Positions 27,049 through 35,417 of a stretch of 64,000 nucleotides of DNA are shown here, piece after piece (the first letter of the stretch is position 1; every line of letters starts with the position of its first letter). The stretch covers positions 62,001 to 126,000 of the IMG/VR virus record IMGVR_UViG_3300032322_002561. One strand, written 5' to 3'. The position numbers and the translations under genes were made by a program. A model generated the notes under the pieces. That model was given only the letters and a program-made list of their open reading frames with translations, ran no database searches and was not told the DNA's origin.

Positions 27049-27150
27049 CTATTCACTGCCCTGAATCGGATCTTCACAAATTGCCCATAGCGCCACACTC
27101 CCGCTGAAATTGGGTTGTGGTGCAAGATGTGTTAATTTGTGATTCAACAT
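27049..27150 (-). CDS. Putative leader peptide (33 aa)
   Basis: ATG 6 nt after TATAAT; followed by a terminator. Confidence 0.45.
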   Translation of the reverse strand: MLNHKLTHLAPQPNFSGSVALWAICEDPIQGSE

Positions 27151-27156
27151 AATAGT

Positions 27157-27185
27157 ATTATACGAGAATATTTATACCAGGTCAA
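27157..27185 (-). promoter_or_regulatory. Sigma70 promoter with an embedded TATAAATA late-type motif
   Basis: TTGACC-TGGTATAAATATTCTCG-TATAAT. Confidence 0.8.
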
Positions 27186-27199
27186 CCAATTTGGTCAAC

Positions 27200-27223
27200 A
27201 AAAAAGGCTCCTAAGAGCCTTTT
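27200..27223. terminator. Intrinsic terminator
   Basis: AAAAGGCTC-CTAA-GAGCCTTTT. Confidence 0.8.
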
Positions 27224-27229
27224 ATACTA

Positions 27230-27457
27230 CTAGGCTTGATCCACGAACCGTTTGAGTTCTTCAGCCTTGGCTATGATATCCGTGCTGGACGGAAAATCTG
27301 GCAAGGTAGGGAACTGCAAAGTTTCTCGATTGGCTTCGGTAATCTTGCTGTGATATTCCTGCATTCGTGCTTCGCGATTTTGGAATACGGGTGTGGTCAA
27401 TATTTCATTGGCCATTTTGAGTAGATCCAGACGGATCTCGTAGGGTGTTTTGCTCAT
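27230..27457 (-). CDS. Phage hypothetical protein
   Basis: MSKTPYEIRLDLLKMA...IIAKAEELKRFV; AGGAG RBS. Confidence 0.75.
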   Translation of the reverse strand: MSKTPYEIRLDLLKMANEILTTPVFQNREARMQEYHSKITEANRETLQFPTLPDFPSSTDIIAKAEELKRFVDQA

Positions 27458-27544
27458 GATTACTCCTTTCTGTGTGTGATGTGTGTTAAACACGAGCTTG
27501 TAGTTTTCACTACACATTTACTTATCAAGCCAAATCAAGGTCAT

Positions 27545-27571
27545 AAAAAAAGCTCCCGGAGGAGCTTTTTT
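27545..27571. terminator. Intrinsic terminator
   Basis: AAAAAAAGCTCC-CGGA-GGAGCTTTTTT. Confidence 0.8.
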
Positions 27572-27586
27572 GTTCACTTTTAAAAA

Positions 27587-28327
27587 TTAATTAAAAGTCT
27601 TTGTCAAGCCTACTACCACTGCATTTTTGTAGAGCTTTTGACCGCCTACAGTGTTTGCAGTTTCAAAGGTTGATGTGGTGCCAGTATTGGTAAAATACTT
27701 GACGCTCAAGTCATATGCCTTGGGTAGAGAATAAACAAATCCAGCATTGATGTCGTTGTAATCATATGCCGAGCTGTTGGCCACATTGGTACGACCATAG
27801 TGAGCAACCACAGCTAGATTTTTAACAACAGGAACTGGTAGTTTGCCATCCACTTGTGTATAGTTTGTGCCACGAGCATTGGCTGTACCGAAGTAACCGT
27901 TGCCCAAGGTTTGGCTATACTTGGCAGAAATAATGTCTTTGTAACCTACGCCGACAAAACCTTCATAGGTGTCAAAGTTGCTGCCAGTGGCTGCAGAAGT
28001 GGTTGCACGTGGATAGAAATAGTTGTAGCTACCGATGTCAATCGAGATGCCCTTGAAAATTTCTTTCTTGTAACCAGCATAGAGGTCGCTTTCTACACCT
28101 GCACCGTTGGTATAAACATTGCTGGAAACACTGCTGTTCCAGTTACCAACATAGAAGCCACTCTTGTGTGCATAGTCGATGCCGCCCTGAACTGCAGGAG
28201 CATTTTGGGTTTGGCTAACACCGCGGAAACGGTAGTCGCTGGTCAAACCTAAATTGCCGGTGAGTTGAGCTTGAGCCGAGGCAACAAAGCCAGCGGACAA
28301 GGCTAATGCGATTAATAGTTTTTTCAT
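27587..28327 (-). CDS. TorF/Gcw_chp-family putative outer-membrane porin
   Basis: Signal peptide; SDYRFRGVSQT..PAVQGGID..GFYVGNWNS, ESDLYAGY; near-terminal Phe. Confidence 0.85.
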   Translation of the reverse strand: MKKLLIALALSAGFVASAQAQLTGNLGLTSDYRFRGVSQTQNAPAVQGGIDYAHKSGFYVGNWNSSVSSNVYTNGAGVESDLYAGYKKEIFKGISIDIGSYNYFYPRATTSAATGSNFDTYEGFVGVGYKDIISAKYSQTLGNGYFGTANARGTNYTQVDGKLPVPVVKNLAVVAHYGRTNVANSSAYDYNDINAGFVYSLPKAYDLSVKYFTNTGTTSTFETANTVGGQKLYKNAVVVGLTKTFN

Positions 28328-28402
28328 GCTTGAGATTTCCTTTTAAAAGAATGCTGGGTGATCACCCAACAAGTTATTTAGTGGTTTTCACTGATGGCCA
28401 AC

Positions 28403-28430
28403 AAAAAAGCGACATTTCTGCCGCTTTTTT
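28403..28430. terminator. Intrinsic terminator after the tmRNA
   Basis: AAAAAAGCGACA-TTTC-TGCCGCTTTTTT. Confidence 0.75.
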
Positions 28431-28790
28431 GACTATTTTGGGTAACAAGGCATAGTTGCCCCGGAGATCATGCCGCTAAGGCAAAGACCTCGTCGTTGGC
28501 TGCGTTTGCAGTTATCGTTGTGCTTCTACAACCGGGTGTCCCCAGTCCTAACGGGTTTCGCATTCCCGTGTAGATCCTGTCCATACTTGTTGCCACGTCG
28601 AAACTGTGTCATCCCCACCAAAAAGACCTAGCAATTCTGGATCAATGTGCCAGCTCCAGCTCATGCTGTAATTCCACAAATTCAAGGGTGGAAAACTATC
28701 GGTCCATTGCTCCATAAAAGTCCTTTTGGTGGAGATGCCGGGTTCTGCCCCCGGGTCCGCAACACCTTTCTGTCAAGGCATTAAACTACA
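28431..28790 (-). ncRNA. ssrA: Circularly permuted (two-piece) tmRNA
   Basis: Acceptor piece ending CATCTCC-A-CCA (3' end at 28727) precedes the GGGGATG 5' end (28616); G3:U70 pair; tag ANAANDEVFALAA-stop at 28509..28468; outer ends approximate. Confidence 0.92.
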
Positions 28791-28798
28791 ATTCTTTT

Positions 28799-28828
28799 AT
28801 TGTACTACAAAAAATATTTATTGGTCAA
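28799..28828 (-). promoter_or_regulatory. Promoter for the tmRNA
   Basis: TTGACC-N18-TACAAT with TAAATA in the spacer. Confidence 0.65.
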
Positions 28829-28935
28829 TTAAACAAACCGTATGTCCAACACCATAATTCCAGGCTGAGTTTGTACAGCAACCACATGGCCACCAAGCCT
28901 GTGCTAAAGATTAAAGTTAATTGAGTTTTATTCAT
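28825..28935 (-). CDS. Hydrophobic micropeptide (36 aa)
   Basis: MNKTQLTLIFSTGLVAMWLLYKLSLELWCWTYGLFN. Confidence 0.5.
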   Translation of the reverse strand: MNKTQLTLIFSTGLVAMWLLYKLSLELWCWTYGLFN

Positions 28936-28972
28936 AGATCCGACCCACCACCACGTTTAACGAACGTGGAAA

Positions 28973-29044
28973 CTAGTAAAACACCAACAAGAAAACTGCC
29001 ACCACAACCACAATGCCAATGGCAAAACTGTAGTCTGGTTCCAC
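28973..29044 (-). CDS. Hydrophobic micropeptide (23 aa)
   Basis: GTG start; MEPDYSFAIGIVVVVAVFLLVFY. Confidence 0.45.
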   Translation of the reverse strand: MEPDYSFAIGIVVVVAVFLLVFY

Positions 29045-29045
29045 G

Positions 29046-29138
29046 CTATTTCCCAAACAAGTGTGCTACAATGCCCATGGCCACAAACACTGCGATGGCT
29101 GCAATGGCTGCCCAAGGAAGGTTTTGAAATATTTTCAT
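29046..29138 (-). CDS. Hydrophobic micropeptide (30 aa)
   Basis: MKIFQNLPWAAIAAIAVFVAMGIVAHLFGK; AAGGA RBS, ATGA overlap. Confidence 0.5.
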   Translation of the reverse strand: MKIFQNLPWAAIAAIAVFVAMGIVAHLFGK

Positions 29139-29218
29139 TGTTCGTCCTTGTGTTCGTTAAGCCACATGATGCCATAACACACAACTATGGCCAACAAGGC
29201 AAAAAATATCAGCCACAT
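29135..29218 (-). CDS. Hydrophobic micropeptide (27 aa)
   Basis: MWLIFFALLAIVVCYGIMWLNEHKDEQ. Confidence 0.5.
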   Translation of the reverse strand: MWLIFFALLAIVVCYGIMWLNEHKDEQ

Positions 29219-29219
29219 G

Positions 29220-29390
29220 TTAATTATAACCTTTTATGTTTTTGCCGTCAATCTTGGGATTACCTTTTGCTGCTACATTTTCTAATTGACGTGCTCGATC
29301 TCGTTCGGGCGGTAGCGGGCCGCAACCCAACCTGTCCCACTCTGAATCAGAGTAGTAGTATTTTTCTACGGGTTTTTTGACCTGTTCCAT
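29220..29390 (-). CDS. Small hypothetical protein (56 aa)
   Basis: MEQVKKPVEKYYYSDSEWDRLGCGPLP...; TAAATA upstream. Confidence 0.55.
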   Translation of the reverse strand: MEQVKKPVEKYYYSDSEWDRLGCGPLPPERDRARQLENVAAKGNPKIDGKNIKGYN

Positions 29391-29406
29391 AGCATAGATA
29401 TTTAGT

Positions 29407-29481
29407 TGGTGGGCCTTGAAAGAATTGAACTTTCACTCCATCGATTATGAGTCGATTGCTTTACCATTAAGCTAAAGGCCC
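29407..29481 (-). tRNA. tRNA-Ile2(CAU) (lysidine type); elongator Met not excluded
   Basis: GGGCCTT acceptor stem; ATCGA-CT-CAT-AA-TCGAT; encoded CCA. Confidence 0.88.
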
Positions 29482-29492
29482 GGTTGTTTGTT

Positions 29493-29759
29493 TCAGTCCC
29501 AAAGCTTCTTGTCACCGTGGCGCTCGTTCCACTCGTAGCCGGCCAAGTATTCTGCTATTTCGGCTTGATTGAGATTGGTGATTTTGGTACCATGTCCGGT
29601 GCCTTCGGGCCACCAGTGTGGTTCTTTCCAACGCCCGTAGTAGGAATCGGCCGAGCCTCGATCATACAGACTGCCATGACGCTCACGATCAAATTGTGGC
29701 CCACGCAGGGCTCTCACTATGGCTTCTTGTTCGCTTTTTTCTAAGATTGGTAGATACAT
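29493..29759 (-). CDS. Phage hypothetical protein
   Basis: HGSLYDRGSADSYYGR...EYLAGY; AGGAG RBS and TTGACC-N18-TATAAT promoter upstream. Confidence 0.7.
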   Translation of the reverse strand: MYLPILEKSEQEAIVRALRGPQFDRERHGSLYDRGSADSYYGRWKEPHWWPEGTGHGTKITNLNQAEIAEYLAGYEWNERHGDKKLWD

Positions 29760-29877
29760 TGTTTGCTCCTGCTATTGTTTATAATGTATTATAGCAAAAA
29801 GTGTATTTTTAGGTCAACTAGGTTGAAAAAAAGACTGTTGTTTTTAGGCAACAGTCTTTAGCATCTAATTGGGCGGT

Positions 29878-30372
29878 TTATACCGTGACAAACCAACACA
29901 GATTGGGATTGGTGCTTGGATACCAGGCCAGCCCATGTTTTAGCAGCACTTGCTGATAGGCTCTATGATGAGCTTGGTTTAGATAGTCCTGCTCATACAA
30001 CACATCTATGGCTTCTTGATCGGCGCCCACCAAAGATTTGGAATTGTATAACATGATGCATTCTATGAAATCATCTTCGGTACCGTAGTGTTTTTTCAAT
30101 ACTTCCCAATTTTCAGCACTGTAGATTGTGGTCAGTTGTCTTGGAGCACGATCACTAAAGGCACTGATCATCACAGTCTGGCCGCTTTCAATTGTGATAT
30201 TGATGTCAAAATTGTCAGGGATTTCGCCGTCAATGGTGTGAGTAAACAGTTCGGTTCCCATTGGATCCACAGGTACTTCACCAAGATAGAGTAGAGCATC
30301 GTCCTTGGTTACTCGAATTCTAGCAGTTTCATTCACTGCTACGCCGTAAAATGTTAAAATTTGTTGAGCCAT
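29878..30372 (-). CDS. Hypothetical protein
   Basis: AAGGA RBS before MAQQILT. Confidence 0.6.
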   Translation of the reverse strand: MAQQILTFYGVAVNETARIRVTKDDALLYLGEVPVDPMGTELFTHTIDGEIPDNFDINITIESGQTVMISAFSDRAPRQLTTIYSAENWEVLKKHYGTEDDFIECIMLYNSKSLVGADQEAIDVLYEQDYLNQAHHRAYQQVLLKHGLAWYPSTNPNLCWFVTV

Positions 30373-30429
30373 GATTGTTTGTCCTTGTGCAATATTTACC
30401 AAGCTGGACCCCAACAAATAAGTATCAGC

Positions 30430-31491
30430 ATGCATGATCCTTACCATGAAATTTATCAGGGTGAAATATTTCACACAAGCAAGTGCATTTGGCACGAAAA
30501 CACCTTGCTTGATTTTTTACGCAGTAGCTTGATTAGTCTGGGCTACACTTCAATCGGTGCTAGCAACAAGGTTTGGCGTCGTGATCAGCGTACAGTGGTA
30601 GTTTGCTTGGTGGATGATTTTACCACCTGCAGTGAAGATTTTTCTCTTGCAGTTCCTTACTTGTTTGACAAAAATACTGTGATCATAACTGATAATCGAG
30701 TCACAGTGCCCACACAATATACTGTGTGCCAGCTACCCACGAGTTTTTATGGTATCTACTCGCACTCACCCAAAAACACACAGTGGCAACCTGATCGCAG
30801 ATTTTGCTTTGCTGTGAATCGCATGGATTCCAAACGATTGCTGATGTTTTTGGAAATGCAACTACGCAGCGAATATCAGCCAAATTCAGCCCATCTAGAC
30901 TATGTGAATTTCAACTGCTGGAGTTGGCAAGGTGACAATACCACTGCACAAGGCTTGAGAGAAAATTTTCAACGTGAATATCACAGTCTTGAAGCACAGT
31001 ACAACGAAGTCTATGCGTCCACTTTTCAACGTGTCAGTGAAAACATGCCATTTCGCAATCATGACCTAACGCAGGAACAGGCGCATGTCAGTGCCTGGCT
31101 AAACATTGTCATGGAAACCTACAGCAGTGACAGTACCATAGCTGTCAGTGAAAAAATCTTTAGAGCCTTGTGTTTGCCTGTGCCCTGGATGGTGTATGCC
31201 GGCAAACACACTGTGGCCTATTTAAACAGTTTGGGATTTGATGTCATGCTGGATGTAATTGGTCATCGCTACGATGGCATGATCGAAAACCGCACAGCCG
31301 CTTATGGCGACAAAATGGTGGACTTTTTGTTTGAAGCCACAGAAGCTGTAGAATCCATGCAACAACAAAATCTAAAACAGCGAGCACTGCAAGCGTCTCA
31401 ACACAATCAACTTCTGCTAAAACAACTACAACAACAGTGGCCCCAGGATTTTGCCGCCTGGTGGCCGAGTGTGGTAGATCTAATTCAATAA
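30430..31491 (+). CDS. Putative glycosyltransferase (GT10-like motif)
   Basis: NIVMET..AVSEKIFRAL..P...G...LGFD; paralog of 32123..33088. Confidence 0.55.
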   Translation: MHDPYHEIYQGEIFHTSKCIWHENTLLDFLRSSLISLGYTSIGASNKVWRRDQRTVVVCLVDDFTTCSEDFSLAVPYLFDKNTVIITDNRVTVPTQYTVCQLPTSFYGIYSHSPKNTQWQPDRRFCFAVNRMDSKRLLMFLEMQLRSEYQPNSAHLDYVNFNCWSWQGDNTTAQGLRENFQREYHSLEAQYNEVYASTFQRVSENMPFRNHDLTQEQAHVSAWLNIVMETYSSDSTIAVSEKIFRALCLPVPWMVYAGKHTVAYLNSLGFDVMLDVIGHRYDGMIENRTAAYGDKMVDFLFEATEAVESMQQQNLKQRALQASQHNQLLLKQLQQQWPQDFAAWWPSVVDLIQ

Positions 31492-32126
31492 TGGATCAGG
31501 TACAACAAATGCTGGGGCAGGAATTTGCCATGTTCTATTGTGGCAAGTTGCCATTCACCAAACTTGTTCCACAGCAAACTCTTGATGATTCAATCCGGGT
31601 AGTCAATCACTATCTCAAAACACACGGCAACAATTTGAGTGAGTGGGAGTCAGGCATGCAGGACGAAATAGCTCGTTTGCTGAATGTGAATTGGATATGG
31701 CAGAGATTGAAACAGGAGCCTATAAGAAAACCTTTTTTGGTTCACGAGCACCAACAAGATTTTAAAATTGACTGCGGTGACACCAGACACATGGCATTGA
31801 ATTTGTTGCCGGACCCACCCACAGTCACAGCAGTGATCACAGTGCCTAAATCTCAATCTGCTCACTACAGTGCTTGGCAACCGATTCACTCAGATCAAGA
31901 CTTAATAGCCATGATTGGTCTGGATGCTGGCTCTGCGCAGATCTATTACACCAAAACGCATGGCATGGATTGGGCCGTGAGTTGGTTGGAAATTGGAGAC
32001 AACTCCACCAGTCATCACTTGCACAACATTACAGTCAAACTCAACATGATGCAACAGTATCTTAATGACCAACAAAATTTTGAATTCTCTCGAGCCTGGT
32101 TTACCCAATATCATGACTGGAGTTGA
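31491..32126 (+). CDS. Hypothetical protein
   Basis: Coupled ORF; DCGDTR weakly resembles the ParB/Srx DG-x-R motif. Confidence 0.55.
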   Translation: MDQVQQMLGQEFAMFYCGKLPFTKLVPQQTLDDSIRVVNHYLKTHGNNLSEWESGMQDEIARLLNVNWIWQRLKQEPIRKPFLVHEHQQDFKIDCGDTRHMALNLLPDPPTVTAVITVPKSQSAHYSAWQPIHSDQDLIAMIGLDAGSAQIYYTKTHGMDWAVSWLEIGDNSTSHHLHNITVKLNMMQQYLNDQQNFEFSRAWFTQYHDWS

Positions 32127-33088
32127 TGTTGGACTATTGTGATCTTTACATTCAAACTCTAAAGGAACAAGGGTTTGAGCCAGTTTTGATTCCCAATGCG
32201 TTTGACACTCCCTATGATTCTGTACTGGGGTGGCCAGTAAAACTTCCCCAAGTCAAATTTAACAAACGCACAATCTTGGTCATGCATTTTCAAGATTTTG
32301 TGACCATACGTCAAGGACAAATTCTAGAACTTGCAAAATTAGAAAAACACTATGGCGCCAACGCTGACAAGATTTTGGTCACACACTGGAATCGTGATCT
32401 TGCCAAACTCTATCATGGACCCATAAACTTAATTGAATTCAGCAATCACAACTATGCCTTGATGAATCGTCTGGCACAACAGACAAAAACTTGGCTACCA
32501 CAAGTTTCATCCACAGCTAGATCTGGATGGATGTGTCTGAACGGACGTATTTGTCATCATCGCATGCGAGTGCGTGACGTGTTACAGTCATGGCCCAATG
32601 GGTGTTTGAGTTTTGGTACAGAAATATCTTTGCCTGAATGGAATTATGCCACTTATCGTGGCACGGATAATGATGAGAATTTTCAACGTCTGGCCGCCCT
32701 ATACGGTCGACACGCAGTAAACATTGTGACCGAAACCGAATATGACACCACTCCAGGAATCATAACTGAAAAAACCTTGTTGGCCATGCTGGCAGGACAA
32801 ATACCTGTGGTAATAGGATACGCTGGCATTGTAGAACATCTGCGTGATCTTGGACTAGATGTGTTTGATGACTTGGTAGATGTCACCTATGACAGCTTGC
32901 CCAACAGTGTTCGAGCCGAACAGGCCCTGGAAAAAAACAAACACGTCATCCTGGGCCCAATTAATTTTGCACAATATTGGCCACGATTACAAAAACAACA
33001 GCAACGTGTGTTGATAGAATTACCGGCCTGGTATCAACAAAATTTTTGTCGACAAGTCACTGAGTTGGCACAACGTTTACTGTCTTGA
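32123..33088 (+). CDS. Putative glycosyltransferase (GT10-like motif)
   Basis: NIVTET..IITEKTLLAMLAGQIPVVIG resembles the fucosyltransferase donor-binding motif. Confidence 0.55.
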   Translation: MMLDYCDLYIQTLKEQGFEPVLIPNAFDTPYDSVLGWPVKLPQVKFNKRTILVMHFQDFVTIRQGQILELAKLEKHYGANADKILVTHWNRDLAKLYHGPINLIEFSNHNYALMNRLAQQTKTWLPQVSSTARSGWMCLNGRICHHRMRVRDVLQSWPNGCLSFGTEISLPEWNYATYRGTDNDENFQRLAALYGRHAVNIVTETEYDTTPGIITEKTLLAMLAGQIPVVIGYAGIVEHLRDLGLDVFDDLVDVTYDSLPNSVRAEQALEKNKHVILGPINFAQYWPRLQKQQQRVLIELPAWYQQNFCRQVTELAQRLLS

Positions 33089-33442
33089 CAGCATTTCTAT
33101 GTAGTGATCTAGATCGCCCAATAACGACAGCATCATGGCTTCACGACTGCCAAACACAATTAGCTTGGCATTTTTTCCTGGACGTATGTAATAAGGACAT
33201 GACAGTTTTTGATCTAGAGCCAAATAGGCACTGGGCTTTAGAGGATAGCGTCCAGATAAATCATACTGCCATCTTTCAATCTCCAGCATGTTAAAGATGA
33301 TGTATCCAGCTTCGGACAATCGCATGCCACCTTGATCTCTTAGATTTACCCACCACTCTTTCAAGGCCACGTCGCATTTAGGACGCACCTCGGCACTGAG
33401 TTTTTCAAGAAGTTGTTGAGTGATCAGAGTCTTATTGAGCAT
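33077..33442 (-). CDS. Hypothetical protein
   Basis: WW.N.R..GGMRLS..G; part of a coupled operon. Confidence 0.65.
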   Translation of the reverse strand: MLNKTLITQQLLEKLSAEVRPKCDVALKEWWVNLRDQGGMRLSEAGYIIFNMLEIERWQYDLSGRYPLKPSAYLALDQKLSCPYYIRPGKNAKLIVFGSREAMMLSLLGDLDHYIEMLSRQ

Positions 33443-33731
33443 GCGGGTACACTTGGTCCCCTTGCCGCAATAGTACCACTGTGAATTTGTCAGTCTTGAA
33501 TTGACTGTTGAGTTTTTTGGCCAAGTTGATAGCATGGCCAGGATTGGAGAACGAAACTTTTTTGTATTTGGGCCCTGGATACTGAGTCAGCATGTTGCTG
33601 GTTTTAAGATTGATAGGTGCATGATCAAAAAACACAGCCCATACTCCATCGGATGCCAAGACCTGTTCGGTTTTGTAAGTGTGCTTGTCGGTATGTTCGA
33701 CCAACACCTGCGGCTTGGGTCTACTCATCAT
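33432..33731 (-). CDS. Hypothetical protein
   Basis: MSRPKP...GPKYKKVSFSNPGHA; AGGAG RBS. Confidence 0.7.
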   Translation of the reverse strand: MMSRPKPQVLVEHTDKHTYKTEQVLASDGVWAVFFDHAPINLKTSNMLTQYPGPKYKKVSFSNPGHAINLAKKLNSQFKTDKFTVVLLRQGDQVYPHAQ

Positions 33732-33760
33732 TATCTCCTAGCTTTATTTATCAAAATAAA

Positions 33761-33970
33761 CTAGGGATTTTTAAATGCACCGCCCACTAATTCTACTTGT
33801 ATTACTTCTTCTTTTGTGGATTTATCACGCATTTGTTCAAGAGTCAACAACAATTTGGTTATATCTGCGTGCAAATCCTTGGCATCACGCAAGGTCATTT
33901 GTAGATCTTTTTGACCACGTGCTTCGGAGACCTTGATTAGATCTATAAAACGATGTATATGCAAACTCAT
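33761..33970 (-). CDS. Hypothetical protein
   Basis: 69 aa ORF in operon. Confidence 0.65.
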   Translation of the reverse strand: MSLHIHRFIDLIKVSEARGQKDLQMTLRDAKDLHADITKLLLTLEQMRDKSTKEEVIQVELVGGAFKNP

Positions 33971-34423
33971 TTATGCGGCTTCAAAAGTTTCGGCCTGTTC
34001 CTTGGTGTGGAACGGACCTTGATACTGATAGCGTTCTAACAAGATCAGTTTGGGATTGTGTACCAACTTCCAGGTACGATGTTGTTTGACTTGATACCAT
34101 CCGGCTGCATACCATGATTTACTTTTGCGTTCCTTGGTAAACAAAGGCAATCTATACTTGACGTTCCACATGGCATTGAATGTTCGACAGTCGGTATCAA
34201 ATCCGTGTACCTGACGTGCCTTGGCTGGTGTGGCCTTTTCCGCGGGCGAAAATTCAATGTCCAGACTTTTTCTCACCATGGGAATGGTCTTGAATCGTTG
34301 CACACGATTATCAATGCGTATCACATATTCGCCCTTGTCGGCTTCCAGGGCACCAACTTTTTGATCATTTTGTTTAAGGATCCAGTATTGCTTGTCAATC
34401 ACAGGTTTAGCTACTATTTTCAT
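33971..34423 (-). CDS. Hypothetical protein
   Basis: AGGAG RBS before MKIVAKPV. Confidence 0.7.
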   Translation of the reverse strand: MKIVAKPVIDKQYWILKQNDQKVGALEADKGEYVIRIDNRVQRFKTIPMVRKSLDIEFSPAEKATPAKARQVHGFDTDCRTFNAMWNVKYRLPLFTKERKSKSWYAAGWYQVKQHRTWKLVHNPKLILLERYQYQGPFHTKEQAETFEAA

Positions 34424-35417
34424 TGAGTACTCCTTTGTATGTTTCATTCATCCATCGGCCAAAACTTTCAGCCGACTCACTGCACTTGTTTAATTCATAT
34501 TTGCCACAAAACTGCATGAATCGCACACCCACCTGTCCTACATCCTTGTGACTGATCTGTTCACGTATGGCCGCATCCACTGTGGTCTTGACTTCTGCAG
34601 GCTGAGCTGTCAAATCAATCAAGGTCCTGTTGCGTTCATAATCGTCTAGTACTCTATGTTCTACACCGTCGGGATCAGTCCAGCGTTGCAACATCAAGTT
34701 GTTCCAATTGTATCCTTTTTTGTCTCGATCAGCATACGCCTCTTGTAGGCCAACTTTGTTCTTGGTCCCTTTTGTACGCACTCCAGGAAACGCTGAAAAA
34801 ACATTGTCACTCGAGTCGCCTCGCATGCACTTCTCAAAAAGTAGCCACTGTGGGTCCGGAATCGTTTTAGGTTCCTTTGTTTTCTTGTCAATGACTGGTT
34901 TACCCTTGGCATCAAAGATTCCTTCTATGGTGATTAATTCATCGGTGATTCCATTGTACTGCTTGACATTGGGTGCTACTAGTTGAACAAAGTCAGTGTC
35001 ACTTGAAATTACTACATGTTCATCTTGGGGGTGTAGTGCGATCCAGCGAGCAATAATATCGTCGCCTTCTGCGGTAGGGCATCTGATAACGCTACAGTTG
35101 GTCCTATCGCTCAAGTATTTAGTCAGCGCATCATAGGTTTCCCAGAACATCTTGTCTTCTTCTAGTTCGTTTTCTGTGAGTGCTTGCCGGGCCACAGCAC
35201 GGTTGTTTTTGTAAGGCTTGTACATGTCCTTGCGCCACGATCTGCCCTCAAGTGCAAAAACCACGTGATCGGCTTCAAATCTGCGTGCCACTTTGTTGGC
35301 AGCCATTAGCGTAACATGCAAGGCAAAGCCCAGTTTTTCCCAGGTATCAGCCGCACGAAACGCACCGTGTCTGGCACGAAAAAACATGTTGGCTGTGTCT
35401 ATGAGCACATACTTCAT
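34407..35417 (-). CDS. rnh: T4 RNase H-like 5'-3' exonuclease/flap endonuclease
   Basis: LIDTAN, YKNNR, EGDDII, SSDTDFVQL, GDSSDNV..PGV. Confidence 0.88.
   Translation of the reverse strand: MKYVLIDTANMFFRARHGAFRAADTWEKLGFALHVTLMAANKVARRFEADHVVFALEGRSWRKDMYKPYKNNRAVARQALTENELEEDKMFWETYDALTKYLSDRTNCSVIRCPTAEGDDIIARWIALHPQDEHVVISSDTDFVQLVAPNVKQYNGITDELITIEGIFDAKGKPVIDKKTKEPKTIPDPQWLLFEKCMRGDSSDNVFSAFPGVRTKGTKNKVGLQEAYADRDKKGYNWNNLMLQRWTDPDGVEHRVLDDYERNRTLIDLTAQPAEVKTTVDAAIREQISHKDVGQVGVRFMQFCGKYELNKCSESAESFGRWMNETYKGVLNENSS

Noticed and set aside
28957-29184. 75-aa minus-strand ORF in the track
   Set aside because: A shadow frame over better-coupled micropeptide ORFs
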